DNA of 63,094 nt, the filler included, from Phoronis australis (lineage: Eukaryota; Animalia; Phoronida), in assembly GCA_002633005.1 (NCBI GenBank). It is 8 parts of 8 records of this genome, joined end to end, with 100 filler letters (N's around TTAATTAATTAA, not from the genome) between each part and the next. Parts side by side here need not be neighbours in the genome. Positions count along the whole stretch, not along the records: positions 46,160 to 51,424 come from NMRA01000428.1; positions 51,525 to 60,943 come from NMRA01001822.1; positions 61,044 to 63,094 come from NMRA01003872.1; 5 more parts are not named here. One strand, given 5' to 3'. This document shows, one piece after another, positions 50,265 through 63,094 of the stretch (the stretch's first letter is position 1; each line of letters opens with the position of its first letter). The notes below the pieces were generated by a model, which worked only from the letters and a program-made list of their open reading frames with translations, was not told where the DNA came from and did no database searches. The translations under genes were made by a program, and so were the position numbers.

Positions 50265-51244
50265 GTACTCCGTGTTTGATTCATACTGCAATAAATGTGT
50301 TTCATATGAACGACGAGTTCTAGGAATTATTCATTGAACATAAATATCTCATCAAAATGGTCTACCTCTTAGGTGAACCTATACAGGAAGTTGTTTCTTT
50401 ACTGCAGGTACCTTTCCAGAATTCTCGGTAATTTAAAAAGTCACTGGCCTGATCCTAAAATTGCGACGCCAACTAAAAACAGACCAAGAACGCCATAAGT
50501 TGCCTACACTGGGCACAAATTTAGATTTTCTCATCATATCAATTATAAAATATTCAGGTTTTAATCAGTACTGTGCAAGGAATTAGAGGTGCATTTAGGA
50601 AATCGCCCTAAAGATTTTTAGTCCTGTTTTCTTTAACACAGCGGTTATTTAACAATTCATTTTGAAAGTTTTGTAACCCATTTAATCCGACTGTATAACT
50701 ATGTATGTTCCTGCCATGGGTTGATTAATATATTCTTTGATGGGGGTAATCTATGGCTAATTTGGTCAAAGTTCAACCCTTTGAAAGTAAAAGTCGTCTT
50801 TTCACAATACCAGAAGCCTGTGCGTATTAAACCCTTAGAAAAGCAAAGCGTTGTAAAACTAATTTACGAGTGGTAATCTTCTTTTCTGGTTCACTGCAAA
50901 TCCAAGATATGTGTGTAGGTTCTTTTAAAAGGTGTTTAGAAGCTAATTTGTTAATGATTATTGCGTGAATTTAGTTGCAAGAAACATTACCATGTTTTCG
51001 ACTTTCGTTTGCTTCACTTAGCTCAAACTATCGTGTCGTACTTTTATTTTCTTTGATGTCACATCTTTTTGTAATGTGAACCAGTGTGATCCGTTAATTG
51101 TGAACACTTCTAGAGTAATGATATTGTATTCCACCTGTTTGATTGAAAACAAAGACCCTCGATGCCCTTTTGTCGTACAAGGTGCCTTTTTGGTAAATCT
51201 TGATTATGTCTGGACTAAATGTGTGTGGGCGGCCACGTTCTCAG

Positions 51245-51424
51245 AAATTATCTGTGTCGAACATATCACTCCAAATTACCTGTATCGAACATATCACTCC
51301 AAATTACCTGTGTCGAACAGATCACTCCAAATTACCTGTGTCGAACACATCACTCCAAATTACCTGTGTCGAACACATCACTCCAAATTACCTGTGTCGA
51401 ACACATCACTCCAAATTACCTGTG
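51245..51424. repeat. 28-bp minisatellite (ctccaaattacctgtgtcgaacacatca)
   Basis: About 6 copies running into the contig end. Confidence 0.95.
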
Positions 51425-53264
51425 NNNNNNNNNNNNNNNNNNNNNNNNNNNNNNNNNNNNNNNNNNNNTTAATTAATTAANNNNNNNNNNNNNNNNNNNN
51501 NNNNNNNNNNNNNNNNNNNNNNNNATATTTTTCATGTTATGCACAGGTCCTTTCATAAAATGTACTATAAGAAAAGACATCTGCCTTAGCAAAAAAAAAA
51601 ACCCAACAAATTATCAACATTCCAAGATCATAAAGCAACCTATTAAGTTGGAGGGGATATCAGCCAACATGGGTGTTATTACGATATAAAAAGTTTGGAC
51701 ATGGCTCCCCCTATACCAGAGTTACTGCGTGTGTTCGCCGGTCACATGGTCATTGAAATGATGTTGACCTAAAAAAAAATAGCAAGGCACCTTTCCTCTT
51801 GGATAATTGAGGGCTCTGATTTTACACTTGTGACATTTAGCGAGCTGATTAGATATGACAGGTTGCGTATTTTGATTTGAAAAAACTACCAGTGTCTAAT
51901 CTCGATTAATATTTGACCCCACAAATTGTGAGCTGAAACTGGTAAAGTTACTTAAAGAATAAGGAGAGATTCATGTAATATGAAAATAGTAAATTTAAAG
52001 GTTGAGTTCACATTGCATGTTTGAGATATCTCAAATCAGGTCAGTTTTATGCCCTGGGTACTTTTCAACGGTATTAAAATACTTGAGACTCGCTCACACT
52101 ACGTTGTGAGTGTAAAAAGTTATTGAGAGACTGGATTGCGTTTGCTGCTGAAAAACAGTCTTCTGTTCATCGCACGACTTGATTCGAACTAACAGTGAGT
52201 CGACACACAAGGTTTTCCCGAAATTAATTTACATGGTTAAGCTGCAAAATCATTCGCCAAGTTGGAGAATGGACTTAGCTATACCGTCGCCAGTGCCAGT
52301 CAGAACTCGCCAATGGTGGCAAATGGCTTGCATGAGCCTAGACTGTCCATATTAGAATGACCTAATTATTCTAATGCAGGCAAATCCCGATCCGGTCTAG
52401 AGTATCACCATCAGATATCACAACTTAATTTCAGGACACTGAACACATGAGAATGTGCAACTCATTATCATGAATAAGTTTTCCGTACAAACCCCCAGTG
52501 CCGCAGATTATACCATACCGAATTGAAGCCATGCAGCAAGACAAGCTTTTGGCATCATGTTATACGACTGCAGAGTCTCAGCCAGCGGCTAATGAGGTAG
52601 AACAGCAACAGCATACACACCACAACTACAAGAGAAATTTCGCGAAGCAATGTTATGAACTTTTGCTAAACTCAAAGAAAGTCATTACAACTAAATGCGT
52701 ACTAAATGGCACAAAATTCATTAATTCACAACAGTATATGAATGCTGAATAATACTGTGCAATATTCTCTATGAGAACTAGTAACAACCAACTTAAGTGT
52801 TTACTTTAGTAAGAGCTTAAACACTGCAGGGCTTGCCTGTTAGTTTTTACTCAAATTGTTTGTTCTAATCCAGATAATTTAGAAAACTGGTAACAGGTTT
52901 TTGTGATTTTACCTTTATTTAAATCAAACAATACATGGTCGCATTACTCAGCTAATTAATACCACACAGAAAATATACAGACTACAATCAAACTCTATTG
53001 ACTTTCAACAATTAGAACATATATCATTCCAAGACTGTCTACTACTACTAGGTTGGAGTAATCTGTAAATATTTTGGCTAAATGCAGACTAGTACAGTAC
53101 TACAGCTACACTACAGGGTTTGACTTACGAATGACATGATAACCTTGCTTAACAACAACAAACATACTTCAGTTTTATTATAGCAAATGTAGGCTCAACA
53201 GATTTCACTTAATTTTTTTAAACCAGAGTCAATAATAATTGCAGTAGGCCTATCACGTTACTCG

Positions 53265-53696
53265 ACTTACCTGACCGAAACGGCGAAAGTCCTTGGCACA
53301 ACTTCGTAAAGCCTTGCGCTGACTCTTCGTCAAAGTCAACGGATGGAATCCATCCTCCAAAAACTTCTTCACGTCACTCTCATTGTACTTGATATCATGC
53401 ATCTTTGCCAAAAACGTCTGGAATATTCGTGTTCGGAGCAGATAACGACTCAACTGTCTCACAGTAGCATACAGAAGTGCCCTGGGAAGATATTTCACGC
53501 TCTCAAGACTGGATGCCAACCTGGCCAATCTGCGCATGCGCAAAGTCGGATTGGGAAGAAAATTCACGGGGAAGAAATTTCACGCGCCGGCGGTCCTGTT
53601 TTGTGGTGGGGCGGTCATGTTTTTAGGTGTGACAGTCCTGTTTTGGGCGAGTCGGTCCGATTTAGAGGACTGGCGGTCATGTTGTTTCTCACCCGT
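53265..53696 (-). mobile_element. One end of the CACGGGTGAG-TIR DNA transposon family followed by a Ginger/GIN1-like N-terminal coding stub
   Basis: 53592-53696 is the inverse of the 57057-57205 end. It is followed by TGCGCATGCGCA (53531) and MHDIKYNESDVKKFLEDGFHPLTLTKSQRKALRSCAKDF, ending at a cag|gtaagt donor. Confidence 0.55.
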
Positions 53697-55073
53697 GATT
53701 TAAAAGACTGGAAGAGTAGTGATCGAGAGCGGCGTGTGACTGAGTTGTGTTAGAGGCACAGAATGCAAAAATAACTATAACTCTCCCTCGGCACAAGGCA
53801 CCTATTGTATTTTGGACAAAGTACAGTAGTTTGCATTCCAGATAGACGTTTCGAACGTGTTTTGCATAAACAGCACCCCGTCACAGCTTGCTTATAAATT
53901 TCGACTTGGGTAATGTCTTCCGTTCTATAAAAGTTTTAAATACAGGTCAATGACGAGTAGAAAATGACGCGTGCTGTAAATTAAAAGTTTCTTAATTGTA
54001 TCACGGGCTATCCGGCGCAAGATACATTGGAGGCGCAGCTCAAAGTTTTCTTTTCAATTTTGATATTTTCTTTTTAGAAATATCGTGACCCTACAATAAA
54101 TAGGGAGGGGTGCGTGTAGAGAACTGCTCGAATATTATAAAGACGTCCTCCACATCGTGTAGCAACAGAAATCGGGCAAGGTTATATACTCGCTGGTTCC
54201 CTGCGTACTTCGCCCAGCCAGCACGCAGGTATCACGCAGTGGCACGCGCTTTGGCATTGGNTTTAAATAAAAATAAAAACACTTCATTTTTGCAAATTAT
54301 AAAGTCACTCGTAATTTCAGTACTGGCGGTTTTAACCACTAATAGTGATTTGTGCCTTAATGTGCACTCGATCTAGGAACCAATCCTAGACTCGATTTAC
54401 TAAGTGTGCGTTCTAACTGAAACCTTTACTTTCAAGACCAATCAAAACACCCAGTGTCAAAACTAGTTGTTTGACCTATGAAAAGCTGGCTTAATGCTTG
54501 TAGGAATGTCTTCAAATGTACATGTTCAGTTTTAAAGTTATCTAGTATTGAAATGGAGCCAACACTCTGCACTCATAGTTCTTACTTCATTACATTCGTT
54601 TATGTCTTGTGTAAATGTTCAATTATGAAATTGCGATCAGCCCCTGGATCAGGAAAGGTACATCGTCAGCGATACTGGCTGCATTTCACATTAAACGTAA
54701 CGAATTAGTAACATTACATCACATATCCCACAGGTACATCTATAAGCCCGACCAAAATCTGATAGTGACATGTTGTAGGCCTACGTGTGCCATCGTACAT
54801 GTAATTATTTCGTCATTGGCTTACTTAACCCCCCGGTATTTCCACTGACAGGTACTAGCTTTGGGGGTGAAATATATCCAAAGCCAAGGCATAGTACGGA
54901 CGCGACTTCACTTCGTATCAACCGCGGTCAGACGAAGTCCGGATTGGGGCTAGTCTCAGTCAAACCGCGTTTTGGAACCCGCATCCAGACGCGGTCTAGC
55001 CGCGTTCGATAGGAAGAGACATTCGTTCAGTACTTGTTTACACGATACATCTCAGTGATTTTTATCACTCATA

Positions 55074-55306
55074 AATGCGCGCACCCAGCAGTGGGGGGCT
55101 CAGGGTGCTCCATTTGGCGTTGTGGGTAAAACGTTCCACCTCAGGGAAACAAAAACTCCGAAAAAAGTAGAAAACGAGACAAAAGTCCACTAAAATGCAG
55201 GAAGTACAAACATTCTGCGAATGCACAATGCATAGCTCTTAACGTACCCCATGGATCTTAGTAAAAATTCGAGCCTTCCCCCAATTTTAGGCTGGGTGCG
55301 CACATG
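55074..55306. mobile_element. MITE, same family as 19865-20204
   Basis: atgcgcgcacccagc...gctgggtgcgcacat TIRs. Confidence 0.7.
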
Positions 55307-55363
55307 TCATATTGTAGGAATTTGCTGGGGTTAAATACAAATTAAGAAGTATACACGTTGCAC

Positions 55364-56636
55364 CTAATTACACGTTATTGTTCCCGGCAAGCACCAGTCC
55401 TTGTCTACTGCAGGTATGCTGAATCGAGCACAGAACTTAGAATATCTATCCATATCCTTCGCAGTTATGCGAACGACATACTGATTGAATTCTTTTTTGT
55501 TCAAGTAACTTCTTGCTTGCGAGTCCACGCAGAGTGCAGAGGGCCCCTTGTCACAAAATGAATCAGGCAGACGAAAATGTCTCGCAACGGCTATGCACGC
55601 GCTGTCCGTGTTCTCCACTAAGTCTTCATATCTTATTGCAGCAACGCCGAGCACTGACTGCCATTGCATGTATTCCTCGCAAAGACGATGTAATTTCAGC
55701 AGTAGTAGTTCATCGAGAGGCAAATTGTATTTCAATTTTTCTTCTTCGCTCACCCAGAAATACATCTGACTTGTTCGCTCTAGGAAATCACACACGCGTT
55801 TGCTAAGACTCAGACTTAGTGCTTGCCTAATTTTGGACCTTTTGAGTTTATAAACGAATTGATTACAACGCAAATACATTTTCATCTGGGACGTTAGATT
55901 GTTAGTGACCTTCCCGCGATACACAAACCCCAGCATTATATTGGGAACCGCAGCGGAAACGTATTCATACAAGTTCGTACCGGAGCTAAATTTCATAACG
56001 TAAACTGCCGGCTTTATTTTACGTGGTTTGCACAGTATTCTAATTGAAGATCTCACAAGTTGTTTTGCTTCGGATTTCCTTGATGTTGACTAACGCATGC
56101 GGCTCACTGATTGCCAATGCTTTTGGAATTTTCTTCATCATTTGAATCAGCAGAGTTGAGCCACACCGCCCTAAACTTTCCAACGCAACAACAGAAGACT
56201 CCGGGTCACCGAGAACGTCAGCAAGGTGATTGAAATGCACCAGCGGCATGATGATCATTTGTTTTGCAGAGGCAAATTGTGCCAGGAAAAGGAAAGGGCT
56301 TACTCGAGAGTTGAACACATCGATTCCTGGCAGAGTGCGAACGAAAATCGCTTCCCCATCAGCTGTAACGGTGTACAAAGACACGTTGTCTGCAAGGACA
56401 CATTCCGGGTGTTCAAAATGGCTGTGTGAAGTAATGAACTGTCGCCTGCTGGGCACACAGTGTGCTTCGTTAAAGCATCGAAAATGGATGTTGAAGACTT
56501 GAGCAGATATTTCATACTTTAGACGATTACTTTCCAGATGTGTTTGTAGTCCAGATAACATCCAAAAGAGGCGCTGAAAAACAGTGTACAACTGCTGAAG
56601 GGCAAGAAAACACAACCACGCCCAGACTTGCGACAT
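55364..56636 (-). pseudogene. Intronless P-loop sulfotransferase-like gene (~420 aa) with one frameshift near 56050-56070
   Basis: ORF 56040-56636 has SLGRCGSTLL..M..IP.A.AISEP (PSB-loop-like). ORF 55364-56056 continues LVRSSIRILCKP...IRYEDLV...DSQ. Either a pseudogene or an assembly indel. Confidence 0.7.
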
Positions 56637-57056
56637 ACTCCAATTAACCAGTACATGTACGTCTTCAAATCACTTGATCACCTTTTGCTGGACTGACGCG
56701 CAGAAACACAATTCCGAGAATGCTGTCGGCACGTGTTTACAAAAACTTGCCCGTTAATAGTGACACGAACGGTAATACATTCCCCGGCGGTTTGGTCTAG
56801 TCAAATACTTGTGTCCTTACGCCAGAAATTGCTGTTCAAGTCCGGGCGCGGTACTCGCTGACAAGTGTGTCTTTTGTCCTATCCGAAAATGAATATACCA
56901 TAATGCAGGTTCGGGGATCCGTCATTGAGACTCCGCGACATCATTTGTTTTCAAGTAGCGCCCTCTGTTCCTTTGCCATTCTTGCCTCATTAGCGTGACT
57001 AGCCTGTTCGACCGTGACAGTTGACTTAATAATTTGAAAGTTGAGCCTCCCAGGTT

Positions 57057-57425
57057 CACGGGTGAGAAACAACAGGACCGCCAGTCCTCTAAATTAGACT
57101 GAATCACCCAAAACAGGACCTCCGGAGATCAAATGGGACCGCCGCAACAGAAAATGGGACTGACGCAACTAAAAACATGACCGCGCCACCACAAAACAGG
57201 ACACCGGGGTTTGCACGTGACCGCCGGACAATATATAGCTATCAATGTCTTTGTATGATACTGCTTGCGATTACGTAACCGGTCACCTAGCTGCGTAAAG
57301 ACTCGCTAAACAAAGCTTGGTAGCACTGCGTTATTGAGCTCCGTTACATTTGATCCCCGGAGGTCCTGTTTTGGGTGAGTCAGTCCAATTTAGACGACTG
57401 GCGGTCATGTTGTTTCTCACCCGTG
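57057..57425. mobile_element. MITE with ~75-bp TIRs (CACGGGTGAGAAACAAC) flanked by an AGGTT direct repeat
   Basis: aggtt|cacgggtgagaaacaac...gttgtttctcacccgtg|aggtt, with repeated aaaacaggaccgcc subterminal motifs. Confidence 0.88.
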
Positions 57426-57669
57426 AGGTTACCTGATTGTTTGGTAGATTTGTTTATCACTTGTTAACTAACTTGTTGTTCAACAGCAGGCACTTGTTTA
57501 TCCAACAGAAGTGTATAGTTGTCTTGTCTGTTTATAAAACCATGAATCATGAATGCATTGAAGTATTAACTACCCACCACGTACTAAGCCAAGGATGTCT
57601 ATTCATTCTTTTGTGTGAGTAACAAATGTAAATACACTTAAGCCAGTGTCAGCTCTGCTACAGTGTCAC

Positions 57670-58440
57670 AGTCTGTGTATAGCTATCAACGTGTGGTACG
57701 TCCAGAAAATGTGATCAAAGTCATCAGAAAGTTTCATGCATAGGTGAACCGAGCAGCATTTTTTATCATACACGGTCTCGACACAGGAGTTTGTGTTTTC
57801 TCTCAGTCTCATAAGTTGTACTCCATCCTGCTGGTGGGCAACAGCCTCACAATGTCTCGTGAACTTGGCGTCATTAACTTTTGGTATATCCATCGGTAAA
57901 ACAACCGGAATTCTTGCAGAAAGTGCATTAAATACGAGTCCACGGTTTCGTCCAAGCCACCACCTAGAACGTAACGCAAACAAACCAATTCACGTACGTT
58001 TGTGCTTCCTTGGACGGGAGAGCAACTATAAAGGCCTGTTGAAACCAATATTTCTAGAAAGATGTCGACTAGATTGTCAAAAGTTTGCAAGTATGCCATA
58101 TCTAATATTTTCAGGCTTGTCAAAAACTCATTCTTGTATGCATGTTGAGAAGTATCAATTAATCTTTTGCTTCGATCGAATTTTAAAAATGCCAATGTCC
58201 TATTTCATCAGCAGAAAACCCGGCCCTAGGCTTCTAAACGTCCACCGATGGATGCGTATTGGTTTTTCGTTATCACCTCCATCTGGAAATGGAACTGGAA
58301 TACCTGCCGTATCAGAAACAAAGGCTGAGTCGAATCCTGTATATGGAACATCTCTCGATTTGTAAAATGATACTTAGTAAACTGCCTTTGCGTGGAAGAC
58401 GACGTGACAAAAACCAGGCACGACCACTGGCTGTGTAAAA
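57670..58440 (-). mobile_element. Degraded P-element/THAP9-like transposase remnant
   Basis: Across frames: IQE*VFDK (cf. DEMKIQExLVFDK), ...QQDG..., FLDVPH-LIAIHR (cf. FSDxPHLxKTxRN), in the expected order. Confidence 0.5.
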
Positions 58441-58899
58441 CCCGGACTCACTNCCCCCCCCCCCCCCGAAACCGTCTACATCGCGCATTGCCGCCAAATT
58501 TTTCACAGCATGTAACCACAAATATTGGATCAGCCAAGGAAACGCCTTGGAAGAAAATGAGATGAGCTTAATATTGATTGACCAATGCCATTGAGAAATG
58601 AACCAAAAATAACCAAAAGTATTCGTCTAAGTAAAAACTGCACAAGGAACAACCAATAAAAGTTGTCAAACGCGTTTCCATTCAAAGACTTGTTTTTCTT
58701 CTTCCCATATACAACAAACGATCGTGATTTCGATTCTTACTTGTTGGCGCATTGTTAGTATAAAACTGAGGTGCACGTACGTAACTGTGAAAAATGTCGA
58801 TAAAACGAAGTGCTGGTTAGTGCTAAGATAAAACAGGTCTTAATGATTACTGTATTAGATTGATGTTCAGGATGTGACCTTTGAATATTTCCATTGTTT

Positions 58900-60900
58900 C
58901 TAACGAGTTGACAAGTTGTAGGAGTCTATTCCACAGTAAAATGGTAGATGGAAAGAAAGAGTCTGCGTATTATGCAATGGGGATAAATTATCTTTCAAGG
59001 GTATGAGAGCTAGTGGGAGTTACGTGATTCGGAGGTATGTAGGAGTGGAAGGTATGAGTGAGGAATAGCAACCAGGTTATGGACGGTCTTGTACTGAAGG
59101 GACAGTTTGTTTTGAGCTCGTCTTTCCTGGAGGGTGGGCCATTTGAGAGTGTTGAGCATAGGTGAAACGGAAGAGTACCTTAGGTGGTACGAACCTGGCT
59201 GCTATACGCTGTATTTTTCTATTTTCTCAGTGTTTGTACGAGTGGATGGACGGCTTAGGAGTATTCGAGTTTCGGTCTAACAAGTGACGTGTAGGCAAGG
59301 GCTTTTGGTTTTTGAGGAGCATACTTGAGATTTCGTTTAATTAAGCCAAGAGTTTTGTTTGCCTTTGAGGTGATTGTGTCCATGATAAATTATTGGTGAG
59401 AGTGACCCCGAGGTATGGGGCTTCATTAATGCCATTTGAGTGAAGCGTTATGTATTAGGGGAACGTTTTCTGTGGATACGAAGAATATTGCATTTGGAGA
59501 TATTAAAGTTCATTTTCCAGGAATTTACCCAAGAGGCTAGATCTTCTCCAAGAGCCTTAGATGGGATACTTTATCAAAGGCTTTGGAGAAGTCCAGCACC
59601 ACAGCGTCGGTTTGAGTTCCAGCTTCCATAGTTTGGAGGAGGTCATCTACGAATATGACAAGTAGAAGTTGTGTTTCGCATGATCTATGGCTACGAAAAC
59701 CATGCTGCCAGGTGCAAAGTATATTATTTGTGTCGAGATGAGGCATAATGTTACTATGTGCTCCATAAGTTTGGAACATATGCAGGTGAGTGATATTGGG
59801 CGGTAGTTTGAAGCCAAAGTTTTATCATCTTTTTTGAAGATGGGTGCTACGTTTGCATTTCGACATTCTGTCGGAACTGCAGATGTTTCATATGATTTGG
59901 TAAAAAGTTTTGGCGGACAGGTGCAATTCCTTCTGATGTTACTTTAAGAATGTGAGGAGATATTTTGTCTGGTCCAGCGGCTTTGTGAAGATTTAGGTTT
60001 TGCAACATTTTGAATATACCGTCGGTAGAGAAGGTTATATCATGCTTGGAGTTGTTACAGTAGCGGCTTGTGCCCATGTCGGGTGTATCTGTACCATCGT
60101 CTTTTGTGAAGACCGAGAAAAAGTGTGTGTTTAATATTTCTGGTTTTGTTTTTGAGTCAGTGTGTAGGAAGCCATCTTTTTTAAAGGAGCAATGTTTGGT
60201 GATTCTTTGTTGAGACTTTTGATGAAAGAGTAAAATCTTTTTGGCTTATTACTTTGGGAATGTGTTATGATGTTGTTGATTTAATTCCAGTAGGCTTTGC
60301 GGGTTTCTTGTTGGACTAGTTTCCTAAGTTTAGGAAGTTTTCTCTGTCGGTTTCATTTCCAGTATGTTTTGAACGGCGAAAGAGTTTGTCTCTTTTTCTG
60401 AGGAGTTTTTTTAATTTTGGGATTTATCCAAGGAATTCGATTTTTTGGTCTTGTAGTTTTGTGGGGGATGAAGCGTTCAGTAGCATCAATGAAATGTGTT
60501 GCAAAGACGGACTACATATCATTTACGGAGGAGGAATTGTGATCTTGTTTCAGGAATTTATCTTTGAAAGTAGCTAAGTAAGTCTTTAGCTCATCGTAAT
60601 TTCCTTTATTGAATAGGTAGATTTTCTAGGTTTTTGTTTTTGTGTGGCAGAGTTTCCTTTGATTTCTGTAAAGACGATGTCGTGGTCGCCAAGGCCAGGG
60701 ATGACCTCAGTTTCAACTATGCCACTGGGATTGTTTGTTAGGAGGAGATCTTAGACTAGTATATTGTTATCACGTGTAGGTTTTGTTACTGTTTGTTCAA
60801 GAAAGTTGTAATGAATAATGTCAAGAAGTTTGTTACAGAGGTTTATGTTTGGTGTGTTTGGAAGGGTTGAGTAGGTATTCTAGTCAATGTGAGGGCAGTT
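58900..60900 (-). mobile_element. Degenerate CR1/L2-group LINE: end of APE endonuclease, RT and 3' region
   Basis: KAAGPDKISPHILK, PIFKK...NYRPISLTCICSKLMEHI, QHGFRSHRSCETQL, LDFSKAFDKVSH, YLGVT, with multiple frameshifts. Confidence 0.92.
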
Positions 60901-61043
60901 GATATATTCCTAACCCTCCTGCCGCAGTCTATTTCTTATTTCTNNNNNNNNNNNNNNNNNNNNNNNNNNNNNNNNNNNNNNNNNNNNTTAATTAATTAAN
61001 NNNNNNNNNNNNNNNNNNNNNNNNNNNNNNNNNNNNNNNNNNN

Positions 61044-61200
61044 TCACTAGATACAATGCACATCTAGCTCACTAGATACAATGCACATCTAGCTAACTAG
61101 ATACAATGCACATCTAGCTCACTAGATACAATGCACATCTAGCTCACTAGATACAATGCACATCTAGCTCAATAGATACAATGCACATCTAGCTCAATAG
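61044..61200. repeat. 25-bp minisatellite (tcactagatacaatgcacatctagc)
   Basis: About 6 copies, each with an internal ctagat...atctag inverted repeat. Confidence 0.95.
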
Positions 61201-61309
61201 ATTGAGTTTGCTCCGGCAAATGAACTCTGGTGACACGCACGCATTCGCTTACTCACACGCACTGAACTTCAAAATAAACATCATGTGACAACAACATGTC
61301 TGTTCATCC

Positions 61310-61785
61310 AGACATTTTTCTTGTGTTGGTGATCATAGATGGCACGATGTAGCACAAATTTGTACTTAACCTGCCGTTAAACCCGATGCCACAGGAACTT
61401 AAAAATCATAGGGACGTTATCTGGAAAACTTAAGGAGGATTTCATGTAATTTGCTTGAGTCGAAACTGTATTTTTATTCAAGCATTCAAGTCACCATATC
61501 GACGATTGCGTGGCAGTCAGTCAGCGAGTTTTCGCCCTGGGATTTCAGCATAGTTTTCTGTAAAATGATCGTAAATTAACAGCAAAGTTTGATAGCAATG
61601 CACCACAATTTTGTAGAAAGTCTGCCATAGGTTACAGATACGTCACTGTGCGTAAATATGATGAATCTTAGCTTCCAATTTTACCCGTTCGGAGACCGGG
61701 TTTCAACCGCCTTGGGTTACAATAAGCACCTCCCTGAAATGAACTTTTCTAAGCGCCCTGGGTGGTTATTAGGGCAAATGCGGTA
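61310..61785 (+). mobile_element. Uninterrupted copy of the element at 9100-10030
   Basis: Homologous by eye. It ends ggttattagggcaaatgcggta (inverse taccgcattt..., pogo/Tigger-like). Confidence 0.7.
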
Positions 61786-62842
61786 CTCATTTCAACATGT
61801 CTTGCAATACTATAACATTTGTATTCAACGTACTGTCTATTGAGTCATTTCTCTATGTTGTTTTACAAATTCATAAATGAAGAACNTTCTCATTTTGTGA
61901 TTTGTCTGTCATTAAAATGTTGCAGACATGATAAACATGTTGAAGCTGAGTTATGTCCCTTCATGCTGTTGCTGGATCTACTCACCAGGTGATGCTGTAT
62001 CTGCTGTGGCAGTGTAAGTATACAAGTATACTGACTATTGGGCAACACATAGCCCCTCGGTTGGCCATTTAGGGGCTACAATTCTTTCCATCACTTTCTG
62101 TACGCATTTCGTCCCATGTATTTTAAACGGGCGGTTGGCCAAATCCAGCCACCGATTTTGAGTTTTCACCTCATCAAAAATACATTCTACACTTAAAACT
62201 ATCACTTAAAAAGTGCTTACGTTCTTCAGTGATCCTTTCTACTTCTACACATATCTTCGATGAAGCATATCTACTAGAATTAAGGTGACTTTGGAGAAGA
62301 ATTCCAACTTCACTTTTTTGGTCACATTAACTTTTTCACCACGCACACGTTAACCACAAAGTATGTCAACTGAGTCATGTGAGTTAGGCAAAGTGCTAGC
62401 GCAAGACTGAGCAAAGCGTGTGACACTAGTGCGTGACACGTGCAAAATAGCATGAGAAGGTATCAGGTTAAATTTGTAAGATTTGTGTCCCTTGGACTTT
62501 TTATTCGATTTGTTCAAATTATCTTGACTGAATCGTTTTCATACTTATGGTATGAGTTGTTTGTAACTCCATGTGCATATATGCATGTTTCATTTGATTT
62601 TATTTCCTTATTTTGAAATGAGTAACTTCTTGTGGGGATGTACTATTGCGCCTGTTTGTCTGTGGCATCCAGGGCGATGTAATTGACTAACTGACTATAT
62701 GCCACCTCTTCCTTTATAGAGTTGCTGTATTGGCAAACAAAGTCGAAATAGAGGTTTAAAAACAGGTTAATTGTTGAAGGTGGTCTGTTGATTTTCAGTC
62801 TTGTCCAACTACTGTGGTGCCCCGTGGTTGCATTTTTTTGAC

Positions 62843-63094
62843 TACTCACTATATTTATCTGAGTATGGGTGACTGTACTCACTATATGTATCTGAGTATG
62901 AGTGACTGTCCTCTCTATGTATCTGAGTGTGAGTGACTGTACTCACTATATGTATCTGAGTGTGAGTGACTGTACTCACTATATGTATCTGAGTATGAGT
63001 GACTGTACTCACTATATGTATCTGAGTATGAGTGACTGTACTCACTATATGTATCTGAGTGTGAGTGACTGTACTCACTATATGTATCTGAGTA
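62843..63094. repeat. 33-bp minisatellite (tactcactatatgtatctgagtatgagtgactg)
   Basis: About 7 copies running to the window end. Confidence 0.95.

Noticed and set aside
51076-51480. Repetitive ORFs (CVEHITPNYL..., and STVTHTQIHIV at 62842-63078)
   Set aside because: By-products of minisatellite periodicity, with no splice or codon evidence.
57793-58365. 190-aa plus-strand ORF
   Set aside because: No recognisable domain. It is antisense to a decayed P-like transposase remnant.
10483-61043. Recurrent TTAATTAATTAA palindromes within N-runs
   Set aside because: Artificial six-frame-stop contig linkers. They also rule out any gene-cluster argument across contigs.

Overview
This is animal (most likely bilaterian invertebrate) genomic DNA, not prokaryotic. 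It comprises eight contigs joined by seven artificial ~100-bp N-spacers containing TTAATTAATTAA, so adjacency across spacers means nothing. Spliced host genes, reconstructed by hand from splice sites and reading frame: a divergent eIF1/SUI1 (3 exons, minus); exon 1 of a mu-class GST; an unidentified plus-strand exon; one NSFL1C/p47 exon; six exons of a trithorax/KMT2A(MLL1) gene carrying both a nuclear-receptor-type C4 finger and a CXXC domain; a one-repeat-per-exon ankyrin array; and a frameshifted intronless sulfotransferase-like gene. The rest is mostly transposon debris (Kolobok, ISL2EU/Harbinger, hAT, P-like, BEL/Pao, HERO-like, L1/Tx1, CR1/L2-like, Ngaro-like, MITEs, tRNA-derived heads) and satellites. 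The best candidates for new biology are: (1) two duplicated 48-nt exons, 49 nt apart, that appear mutually exclusive and swap the KFGG/DNA-recognition loop of the trithorax CXXC domain; (2) phase-0 ankyrin exon cassettes whose differences are almost all amino-acid-changing and cluster at binding-surface positions; (3) a minisatellite that quadruplicates an eIF1 splice acceptor; (4) a satellite carrying regularly spaced CTCF-like motifs. All family calls come from recalled motifs; no searches were run.
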